Assembly: GCA_963677925.2 (NCBI GenBank)
Contig: CAXXYH010000004.1
Location: 2,496,001-2,560,000 of the forward strand
Length of the DNA stretch: 64,000 nucleotides
Origin: Spirochaetia bacterium
Lineage (GTDB): Bacteria > Spirochaetota > Spirochaetia > UBA9216
Reading direction: 5' to 3'
Every line of letters begins with the position of its first letter. The stretch's first letter is position 1. The notes under the pieces are model-generated. The model was not told the DNA's origin and ran no database searches. It was given only the letters and a program-made list of their open reading frames with translations. Positions 27,943 through 35,837 of this stretch are shown in pieces. The position numbers were made by a program, and so were the translations under genes.

Positions 27943-28758
27943 ATGAAAACAGATAAGAAATTTCTTTATGAGACTACTCTTGAGTATCTTGAAGCTATCA
28001 CAAGTAATGATGTCTCAAGACTTCCTCTTGCTGCTGAGTGCAGGATGACTGTAAACGGGAAGAATACCAGCCCGGGAAACAGCCCTGTATGGGGAAGTCC
28101 CAGAAGAATACCCTACCGCCAGAGTTTTGTTGACCCTGTTACAGGATCATCTGTTTTTTTTGGAATTATTACAAACACTACAACCACACATGCAGGTTTC
28201 GGTGAGAAATGGTGGCTGTATACAGTAAGACTTAAAACAGAATCAGGACTGATCACCGAGATTGAAGAAATTATTAATGATAATACTTTTGCACACTACG
28301 AAAGAAAGCCATGGGAGATGACCCCGAATCAGGCTTTCAGCCATATACTTCCGGAAGACGAACGTCTTGATCGTGAGAGTCTTATTACTGTTGTAGAAAG
28401 CTACTGGAATGCTGTTGAAAGAAGTGTAGACGGTTTCAGTGTACCATTTCATCCGGATGCTGTCAGATATGAGTGCGGCACCATTACAACCGACGCAAAG
28501 AATTTTCCCAACAGCGCACGCGGAGATTTTATTAAGGCTGAAAACGCCGGATGGAGGTGGAGGGTACTTAACCGGAGATATCCTGTAATTGATACCGATA
28601 GGGGTGTGGTAGTCTCCTACGGTGAACTGAGCATGACGGACAGCACAAATCCGGATTTTCTTCCCTGTATAGTTACCGAGGTATTTAAAATCGAATCAGG
28701 CTTGATTAAGGAGCTTAATGCGTTCTTCTATGCCGGCGAAAGTGTTTCTAACTGGTAG
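27943..28758 (+). CDS. uncharacterised protein with two tandem NTF2/SnoaL-like domains (DUF8021-like)
   Basis: Internal duplication: YLEAI..LPLA..R...RLKTESGLITEIE versus YWNAV..VPFH..R...VFKIESGLIKELN. Confidence 0.65.
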   Translation: MKTDKKFLYETTLEYLEAITSNDVSRLPLAAECRMTVNGKNTSPGNSPVWGSPRRIPYRQSFVDPVTGSSVFFGIITNTTTTHAGFGEKWWLYTVRLKTESGLITEIEEIINDNTFAHYERKPWEMTPNQAFSHILPEDERLDRESLITVVESYWNAVERSVDGFSVPFHPDAVRYECGTITTDAKNFPNSARGDFIKAENAGWRWRVLNRRYPVIDTDRGVVVSYGELSMTDSTNPDFLPCIVTEVFKIESGLIKELNAFFYAGESVSNW

Positions 28759-28772
28759 AACCGGAGATGGAA

Positions 28773-31046
28773 ATGGAAATTGATATAAAAAAAATTCTCG
28801 GTGCAATGACCACCGAGGATAAAGCTGCTATTTGTTCCGGTCAGGATTTTTTTACCACTAAAGCTTTAGAGGAATATGATATACCTTCAATTCTTCTCTC
28901 TGACGGACCCCATGGTCTTCGCAAGCAGAGTGAGAATGCTGATTTTCTGGGAATTAACGAAAGTATTAAATCGACCTGTTTTCCTACAGAAGCAACACTG
29001 GCATGTTCATTTGATCGGGAACTGATTCATGAAGTCGGGGCAGCTCTGGGAGCCGAATGCCAGGCTGAGGGTGTGGGCGTACTTCTGGGGCCTGCCGTGA
29101 ATATAAAACGCTCTCCGCTGTGCGGAAGGAATTTTGAATATTTTTCTGAAGACCCCTATTTAACATCTGAACTGGCTACCGCCTATATAGAAGGGCTTCA
29201 ATCTCAGGGTGTAGGCGCCTGTATCAAGCATTTTGCTGCAAACAATCAGGAAGATTTCAGGCTGTCGGTTGATGTGAAAATTGATGAAAGAACCCTAAGA
29301 GAGATTTATCTTTCCAGTTTTGAGAAACCTGTAAAAGAAGCCAGGCCCTGGTCGGTGATGTGTGCATACAATAAACTCAACGGCGTATACTGTTCCGAGA
29401 ATAAGATTCTTCTCACTGATATTCTTAGACAACAATGGGGTTTTGAAGGCTTTGTTGTATCCGACTGGGGAGCTGTAGCACACAGGGTAGAAGGCATAAT
29501 GGCGGGACTGAATCTTGAAATGCCTCCCAGCGGAAAGTTAAATGATGCAAAAATTCTGAAAGCTCTTGATAGTGGAGAACTTGATCCAGTTTTGCTTGAT
29601 AAGTCTGTTGAAGAGCTTTTAAAAATAGTATTCAAATCTGCAGAGAACAGAAAAACCGGTATTGCAGCCGATCTTGAAAAACACCATGAACTTGCCAAGC
29701 GTGCCGCATCCGAGAGTATGGTTCTGTTAAAAAATGAAGATTCTATACTCCCTCTTGATAATAAACGTTCAATTGCTGTTATCGGTGAAATGGCAATGTC
29801 ACCGAGGTTTCAGGGCGCGGGAAGCTCTCATGTAAACCCTGCCTACCGTGAGAACATATATAAAATGATGCTTGAGAAGTCGGCAGATTTAAGTTTTTCG
29901 GCTGGATATAAAATCAACAGCGATTTGACAGATGACTCCCTGCTGCAGAAGGCGGTCTCTACAGCAGAAGCAGCGGAAACTGCAGTTATATTTGCAGGGC
30001 TTATTGAAGAATATGAATCAGAAGGCTATGACCGATCACATATGAGACTGCCTGACAGCCACATTGAATTAATTGAAGCGGTTTCTGCGGTTCAGCCCAA
30101 TACAGTAGTTGTTCTTGCAAACGGTGCCCCGGTTGAAATGCCCTGGGCAGCAAGGGTAAAGGGGCTGCTGGAAGGATATCTTGGCGGTCAGGCTCTTGGC
30201 GGCGCTATAGCAGATATTCTTTTCGGCGATGTGAACCCCTGCGGAAAGCTGGCTGAAACTTTTCCCGAGAAACTGAGTCATAATCCGTCATACTGCAATT
30301 TCCCGGGCTCAGGTAAAACCGTGGAGTACAGAGAAGGACTTTTTATCGGTTACAGGTATTATGATAAGAAAGGAATAAAACCACTCTGGCCCTTCGGCTA
30401 CGGCCTTTCCTACACCAGCTTTGAATATAGTTCTCTGGAACTGGATAAGAATCAAATGACCGATAAAGACTTTCTTTCTCTAAGTTTTAAGGTTAAAAAT
30501 ACAGGAACTGTACAGGGAAAAGAAATTGTTCAGCTTTATGTTGGTAAAAACTCGGCAAGAATAATCAGAGCTCCGCGGGAATTAAAAGGTTTTCAAAAAA
30601 TAAGTCTTAAGCCGGGTGAACAAAAAACTGTCAGATTTAAATTGGAGAAAAGAGCATTTGCATATTACGATGAAGAACTGTCCGACTGGTCAGTTGAAGG
30701 CGGTGAATATCAAATTATGGCCGCATCATCATCTGCAGATATCAGACTGACAGGTACAGTCCAAATTAAAAATACTGAAAGAAAGAAGACTGCCTATACC
30801 CGTTTTTCAACTATCGGAGAAATCATGGATGATCCGGAGCAGCAGACTGTCCTGGCAGAATTAATTGACTACCTAAGCGTTGAAGGTGCCTTACTTTACA
30901 ATACAAGCGACAACAAAAAAATGGGCGATGGAATGGTTAGAGGAATGCCTCTGTGTACCCTGTATTCCTATTCTAATGCCTGTTTTGATGAAGAAAAGCT
31001 TCAGTACATACTAAAACAACTCAACAAAACTTCCAGGGAGAACTGA
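28773..31046 (+). CDS. GH3 beta-glucosidase with Fn3-like domain
   Basis: SDGPHGLR, GRNFEYFSEDP, CIKHFAAN, VSDW nucleophile, YREGLFIGYRYY and ELKGFQK motifs. Confidence 0.95.
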   Translation: MEIDIKKILGAMTTEDKAAICSGQDFFTTKALEEYDIPSILLSDGPHGLRKQSENADFLGINESIKSTCFPTEATLACSFDRELIHEVGAALGAECQAEGVGVLLGPAVNIKRSPLCGRNFEYFSEDPYLTSELATAYIEGLQSQGVGACIKHFAANNQEDFRLSVDVKIDERTLREIYLSSFEKPVKEARPWSVMCAYNKLNGVYCSENKILLTDILRQQWGFEGFVVSDWGAVAHRVEGIMAGLNLEMPPSGKLNDAKILKALDSGELDPVLLDKSVEELLKIVFKSAENRKTGIAADLEKHHELAKRAASESMVLLKNEDSILPLDNKRSIAVIGEMAMSPRFQGAGSSHVNPAYRENIYKMMLEKSADLSFSAGYKINSDLTDDSLLQKAVSTAEAAETAVIFAGLIEEYESEGYDRSHMRLPDSHIELIEAVSAVQPNTVVVLANGAPVEMPWAARVKGLLEGYLGGQALGGAIADILFGDVNPCGKLAETFPEKLSHNPSYCNFPGSGKTVEYREGLFIGYRYYDKKGIKPLWPFGYGLSYTSFEYSSLELDKNQMTDKDFLSLSFKVKNTGTVQGKEIVQLYVGKNSARIIRAPRELKGFQKISLKPGEQKTVRFKLEKRAFAYYDEELSDWSVEGGEYQIMAASSSADIRLTGTVQIKNTERKKTAYTRFSTIGEIMDDPEQQTVLAELIDYLSVEGALLYNTSDNKKMGDGMVRGMPLCTLYSYSNACFDEEKLQYILKQLNKTSREN

Positions 31047-31048
31047 GA

Positions 31049-32983
31049 ATGAAGAATTACGATAATCTGTTAAAACCTATAAAAGTGAACAGCCTGTTTT
31101 TAAAAAACAGAATTATAGCAGCTCCTATGGGAGGAGGATTTGTAGAACGTCATAAAATAGAGAACATTGCAGCCAAGGCTCGCGGCGGAGCTGCAGTAGT
31201 TGTGCTTGGAAGCTGTAATGTTGATAATGACCGCTCCTTCATCGCCCCCGGCTGGCCCGGACTTTACGAACCCTATATGGAAATTTATATGGATCAGCTG
31301 AATATTATCCATATGTACGGGGCGAAGGCTTCGATAGAGCTGATGCATGCAGGGCTTTGGGCCATCACTGATCATGTGGGTAAAAACCCGCTCGGACCGG
31401 TTACTATGAAAAGAACAATCGGCAAGGATGCTGATGATGCCCAGATAGACGGAATGACTCTGGAAGATATGAACAGGGTTGCAGACAGCTTCGCCGAATC
31501 TGCCTTAAGTGCAAAAAAACTGGGCTTTGACATCTGTATGCTTCACTTTGCCCATGGCTGGCTGCCAGCGCAGTTTCTTTCTCCAAAATTTAATAAAAGG
31601 ACCGATGAATTCGGCGGAAGTTTTGAAAACCGGATACGTTTTCCGATGATGATAGTGGACAGAGTCCGTAAAGCGGTCGGTCCTGATTATCCTATTGACA
31701 TGAGAATCAGCGGTGATGAACGCTGTGAAGATGGAATGGATCCGGATGAAGTGATACGCTTTGTTCAGCAGATACAGAGTAAAATCGATATGATACATGT
31801 CTCATCAGGAATCGATAAGTATTTCGATCTGACTACATGGGTCGAATCTCCGCAGTTATACCCTCATCTGATAAACGTTGAACTTGCTGCAGCTATGAAG
31901 AAGGCGGTGAAAATTCCTGTCACTGTTGTCGGCGGTATCACAATGCCTGATGAAGCTGAGAAAATACTGGCAGATGGAAAGGCAGACTTTATAGCAATGG
32001 CCAGACCGCTGCTTGCAGATCCGGATTGGCCGGTAAAAGTAAAAACCGGAAAGGTTGATGATATTGTTCCCTGTCTAAGATGTACTTCATGCTATCATGT
32101 TGCAACAGAAGGGTTCAGCCTGGGCTGTTCGGTTAACCCGGTATTCTGCCGTGAGGACAGGATCAGACTTGATATGCAGAAGCCCGTTCCTCCTAAAAAA
32201 ATTGTAATTGTCGGAGGCGGACCTGCCGGACTTAAAGCCGCCCTGACTGCGTCGGAATACGGTCACAGTGTAATACTTCTGGAAAAAGCTTCCAAACTAG
32301 GCGGGCTTGCAAATCTTGCAGATTTTGAGGAACGAAAGATAGATTTAAGAAACTACAAGACCTACCTTGTAAATAAAGTTTTGCATTCCGGTATAGATAT
32401 CAGGCTGAATACCGAGGCTACGCCGGATATGGTCAAAGAACTGAAACCGGAAGTACTTATAGTTGGGGTTGGTTCTGTTCCATCACTTGCTCCCATAAAG
32501 GGTATTGACCATCCTGCTGTTGTTCAGGCTCTCGATGTATATGAAAATATGGATGACCTCGGGGCCAGGGTTGCTGTCATAGGCGGCGGAGAAATCGGAA
32601 GTGAGCTTGGACTCTCTATTGCCGAAACAGGCAGACAGACAACTATTATTGAAATGACGGGTAAGCTTGCACCCTCCGGAAATATTTTATACAGAGAGGG
32701 GCTCAAAATTATTATGGATGCAACCCCCGGACTTAATATTCTCTTAAACACTTCCTGTCTTGAGATCACAGAAGCAGGTTTGCGGATTGCCGGCAAGGAC
32801 GGGAAAGAAAGTTTTGTTGAAGCTGATTCTATTGTTATTGCTACAGGTATGAAACCCCGAAAAGAGCTTGCAGATTCATTCTACGGCATAGCAGAGGACG
32901 TAAGAATCATAGGCGACTGCATGCGGCCCAGAAAGATTGACAGCGCAGTATACGAAGGGTATTTTGCCGTAACTTCAATCTAA
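31049..32983 (+). CDS. old-yellow-enzyme / NADH:flavin oxidoreductase (BaiCD/FadH-like ene-reductase)
   Basis: LKNRIIAAPM, HFAHGW..QFLSP..NKRTDEFGGS, Fe-S motif CLRCTSC..C, GGGPAG and GGGEIG. Confidence 0.92.
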   Translation: MKNYDNLLKPIKVNSLFLKNRIIAAPMGGGFVERHKIENIAAKARGGAAVVVLGSCNVDNDRSFIAPGWPGLYEPYMEIYMDQLNIIHMYGAKASIELMHAGLWAITDHVGKNPLGPVTMKRTIGKDADDAQIDGMTLEDMNRVADSFAESALSAKKLGFDICMLHFAHGWLPAQFLSPKFNKRTDEFGGSFENRIRFPMMIVDRVRKAVGPDYPIDMRISGDERCEDGMDPDEVIRFVQQIQSKIDMIHVSSGIDKYFDLTTWVESPQLYPHLINVELAAAMKKAVKIPVTVVGGITMPDEAEKILADGKADFIAMARPLLADPDWPVKVKTGKVDDIVPCLRCTSCYHVATEGFSLGCSVNPVFCREDRIRLDMQKPVPPKKIVIVGGGPAGLKAALTASEYGHSVILLEKASKLGGLANLADFEERKIDLRNYKTYLVNKVLHSGIDIRLNTEATPDMVKELKPEVLIVGVGSVPSLAPIKGIDHPAVVQALDVYENMDDLGARVAVIGGGEIGSELGLSIAETGRQTTIIEMTGKLAPSGNILYREGLKIIMDATPGLNILLNTSCLEITEAGLRIAGKDGKESFVEADSIVIATGMKPRKELADSFYGIAEDVRIIGDCMRPRKIDSAVYEGYFAVTSI

Positions 32984-32993
32984 GGAGAATAAG

Positions 32994-33800
32994 ATGGCAA
33001 CTGCAGTAATAAAAGAGTTGTCCAGGGAAGAGGTGAAAGCGCTCTGTAAAAATACAGGGGCAGCAGGAAAAAGCGGGATAGGTGTCTCCATGCGCAGTTC
33101 CTTTTCAGAGAAGCTTAACGGTAAAAAAATTGAACTGGTATTTGATGATATACCTGAGCTCCTTTATGAAATAACAAATTCGAATGAATTATTCTGGTCC
33201 GGTGATAATTTCAGCGGATCAGAATACTGCCAGATACTCGAACTTGGTACGGATGGTGAACTCTTTCTTGTTAACCATCTACGTGCCGGAACCTTTCCTC
33301 TTGAAAATATCAGCCTTGTTCTCGACTTTAAAACAGGATTATGTACTATAGTTCGTTCCAGACTTGGTGATGCACCAAGACCCCGCGATGTAGAAAGCAC
33401 CTTTCATTTCGGGTATATTAAAAATATCAACCCGCAAAGCAAAAACAGACACCGTTATACGGATGAGCTTGTTCATAAAATTATTGACTGGCATTATGAT
33501 AATGACAATATTTTTATTGTGAAGCATCTGTATGTAAGCAGAGAGCATATGGTTTACTACCTTTGCGAATCTGACGGATCTGACAAAGGCCTTGTTGAAG
33601 CTGCTGAGTGTTCATATATAAAGATAAGGGATGATATTTATATAATGAGCTGGCTTGAGAAGGGGCATCAGGGGATGCAGGGAACAGTTCTGATGGATTT
33701 AAAATCCATGCATGATGTAGGAAGCTTCTTCGGAATAAGCATTAAAAACGTACTGGACAGCTATACCTTTGAAGCCATGGGTGAGTTCTCAACCCTCTAG
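32994..33800 (+). CDS. MoaF-like (N- and C-domain) protein
   Basis: Two beta-barrel-like halves; RHRYTDELV..W.Y, KIRDDIYIMSWLE and DLKSMHDVGSFFG patterns. Confidence 0.65.
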   Translation: MATAVIKELSREEVKALCKNTGAAGKSGIGVSMRSSFSEKLNGKKIELVFDDIPELLYEITNSNELFWSGDNFSGSEYCQILELGTDGELFLVNHLRAGTFPLENISLVLDFKTGLCTIVRSRLGDAPRPRDVESTFHFGYIKNINPQSKNRHRYTDELVHKIIDWHYDNDNIFIVKHLYVSREHMVYYLCESDGSDKGLVEAAECSYIKIRDDIYIMSWLEKGHQGMQGTVLMDLKSMHDVGSFFGISIKNVLDSYTFEAMGEFSTL

Positions 33801-33815
33801 AAATCAGAACCATAT

Positions 33816-33842
33816 AAAAAAACCCTTACAAAGTAAGGGTTT
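33816..33842. terminator. terminator between the catabolic operon and tRNA-Leu
   Basis: AAACCCTTAC-AAA-GTAAGGGTTT; U-run on the minus strand downstream of the tRNA. Confidence 0.75.
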
Positions 33843-33847
33843 AAAAT

Positions 33848-33932
33848 TACCGAAGACGAGACTTGAACTCGTACAGCTTATACAGCCGGGGGATTTTAAG
33901 TCCCCTGTGTCTACCTATTCCACCACTTCGGC
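33848..33932 (-). tRNA. tRNA-Leu(TAA)
   Basis: Reverse complement GCCGAAGTGGTGGAATAGGTAGACACAGGGGACTTAAAATCCCC...GTTCAAGTCTCGTCTTCGGTA; long variable arm; CCA not encoded. Confidence 0.96.
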
Positions 33933-33975
33933 AATTGTGAAGTTATACTAACCAATCAATACGTATTGGTCAAGC

Positions 33976-34701
33976 TTATTCGGTCAGAATCTTGATTGCT
34001 TCAGAAGCAAGAACGAGGCCGAATACACCGGTTACCGTTGGAAGACTTCCCAGAAATTTTACCGGGCGTCCTTCGCCGCCTGACTCTTCATTAACAAGTT
34101 TCTGTTTTACCGGATGTGCAGGGAATTCTGTCGAGTAGACACACTTTATTCCCTGTGTGATGCCGCGGCGCTTTAGTGATTTTCTAACCAGTCTTGCCAG
34201 AGGGCAGGTGACTGTATCAAACAGATCTCCAACCTTCACAGCCAGAGGATCGCTTCGTCTAGCTGCGCCCATCGATGAAAGAACAGGAATTTCATTAAGG
34301 TAGGAATACGCCAGGAGTTCAGTTTTAGGTCCCACCGAGTCAATGGCGTCGATTACGACATCCGGCTTGTCCGAAAGTATCTCCGGGATTGAACCGGCAT
34401 CAGCAAAGCGGTTTTCCTGAATTATGTTGCAGGCAGGGTTTATGTCTGACAGTCTTTTGAGCGCTACTTCAGTTTTCGGCTTACCAATAGTGCTCTGAAG
34501 CGCAAAAAGCTGACGGTTAATATTACTTATACAGATAGTATCAAAATCGACAATTGTTATATTGCCGACACCGCTTCTTACAAGCGCCTCTGCGGCAAAG
34601 CTTCCGACTGCGCCGGCTCCGAAAAGAACTACTTTTGAGTTCTTAAGTTTTTCAAGTTTCTCAGGTCCAAGGAGTTTCTCTGTGCGTGAAAACCTTTCCA
34701 T
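33976..34701 (-). CDS. tcdA: tRNA threonylcarbamoyladenosine dehydratase
   Basis: RFSRT, GAGAVGS, SNINRQ, DAIDS, SSMGAA and CPLARLVRK motifs. Confidence 0.9.
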   Translation of the reverse strand: MERFSRTEKLLGPEKLEKLKNSKVVLFGAGAVGSFAAEALVRSGVGNITIVDFDTICISNINRQLFALQSTIGKPKTEVALKRLSDINPACNIIQENRFADAGSIPEILSDKPDVVIDAIDSVGPKTELLAYSYLNEIPVLSSMGAARRSDPLAVKVGDLFDTVTCPLARLVRKSLKRRGITQGIKCVYSTEFPAHPVKQKLVNEESGGEGRPVKFLGSLPTVTGVFGLVLASEAIKILTE

Positions 34702-35452
34702 TATCAATAACCCTCTCGGTCAATTCTTCTATGCTTACGTTTCTAATTTCTGATACTGTATTATAGATATTTTTTAACTGCTGTAAATATTGGATAGTAC
34801 TAAATTCATCAGAATTCATAGTCATATCAGACTCTATCAACAGTTTTTCAACAGGAATTTGACGGATAACTGAATATGATTTATTTGGATTTTTTAGCGA
34901 AGCAGGTGAAAGTGAAATGAAACCGCCAAGTTTTGTGATTCTATGCATTACTTCCGCTGATCCGTAGAACGAATGAATCATAAACCTTATTTTTGTATTA
35001 TTTGCAGCTTCTCCAATCAGTTTAAATATTGAATCCCAGGATTTTACAGAGTGAATTGAAACTGGTCTCCGCAATTCAATCCCGAGATCAAGCTGAGCTT
35101 TGAAAATTTCTAATTGAGTATCCATGTCTAATTTGAACTTAGGTGAGAAATCAAGACCGCATTCTCCGATACCTGCATCAGGATTTGCCTGAAGATACTT
35201 TTTAAGAACCTTGATATCAAAATTGCTTTTGACGTACCAGGGATGTATGCCGAAGAATTTATGTATAGTATCTGATTTTATGCTGTCAGTATCAGATGCG
35301 TTAAAAGAGCTGGAAACAGTATTTGAATTCTCAGGAGAAACAGAATTCAGCAAAAGATTCCCCCCATGAAGTGAGAGCTGATTTAATAGCTCTTCAGGAA
35401 TACTTGTACCCGTTTTTATATGTATGTGCGCATCAAAGAGAGGCGTATTCAT
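34661..35452 (-). CDS. tatD: TatD-family nuclease
   Basis: DAHIH, GIHPW, IGECGLD, IHS and LLIESD motifs. Confidence 0.88.
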   Translation of the reverse strand: MNTPLFDAHIHIKTGTSIPEELLNQLSLHGGNLLLNSVSPENSNTVSSSFNASDTDSIKSDTIHKFFGIHPWYVKSNFDIKVLKKYLQANPDAGIGECGLDFSPKFKLDMDTQLEIFKAQLDLGIELRRPVSIHSVKSWDSIFKLIGEAANNTKIRFMIHSFYGSAEVMHRITKLGGFISLSPASLKNPNKSYSVIRQIPVEKLLIESDMTMNSDEFSTIQYLQQLKNIYNTVSEIRNVSIEELTERVIDNGKVFTHRETPWT

Positions 35453-35457
35453 ATCAA

Positions 35458-35676
35458 TTACTCTTCTTTTACAAAATCCTTATCCATTGATTCCCTTGAT
35501 TTGAGACTGTTGCAGGTATCACAGAAGAAGCTTACCGCTCCGCAGCCTGCAAGTACGCTGGGTAAATTTTTGCATACTTCGCAGGTAAAGGTAACTTTCC
35601 ACCTGGTTTTACATGAGCTGCAGGTGTAATGGCTGCCTTTTCCTTCAAGATCTCCGCTGCATTCCGGACAATTCAT
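35458..35676 (-). CDS. double zinc-ribbon protein (YfgJ-like)
   Basis: Four CxxC pairs; L.GCGAVSFFC..C..LKS pattern. Confidence 0.8.
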   Translation of the reverse strand: MNCPECSGDLEGKGSHYTCSSCKTRWKVTFTCEVCKNLPSVLAGCGAVSFFCDTCNSLKSRESMDKDFVKEE

Positions 35677-35751
35677 AAAAATCTCCTAAAATATTTAAAA
35701 ATTCTGCAGAAAAAATTTGCTTTCTGCGTACTTAATTCGTAATATTATATA

Positions 35752-35837
35752 TAGGAACGTTTGGGCGACGGACCTCCTTTTTTTTACTTCTTCTCCTTTT
35801 TTTAAAGGGTACCATGTTATGGTACCCTTTATTTTTT
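35752..35837 (+). ncRNA. candidate small RNA with two anti-SD (CUCCUUU) tracts
   Basis: Upstream TTGCTT-N17-TAATAT (35717-35745); no ORF; ends in a 13-bp perfect stem plus U-run; opposite strand to both neighbours. Confidence 0.4.
35803..35837. terminator. intrinsic terminator hairpin
   Basis: TAAAGGGTACCAT-GTT-ATGGTACCCTTTA followed by T6 on the + strand. Confidence 0.8.

Noticed and set aside
33769-33951. 60-aa ORF
   Set aside because: It is the antisense reading of tRNA-Leu.
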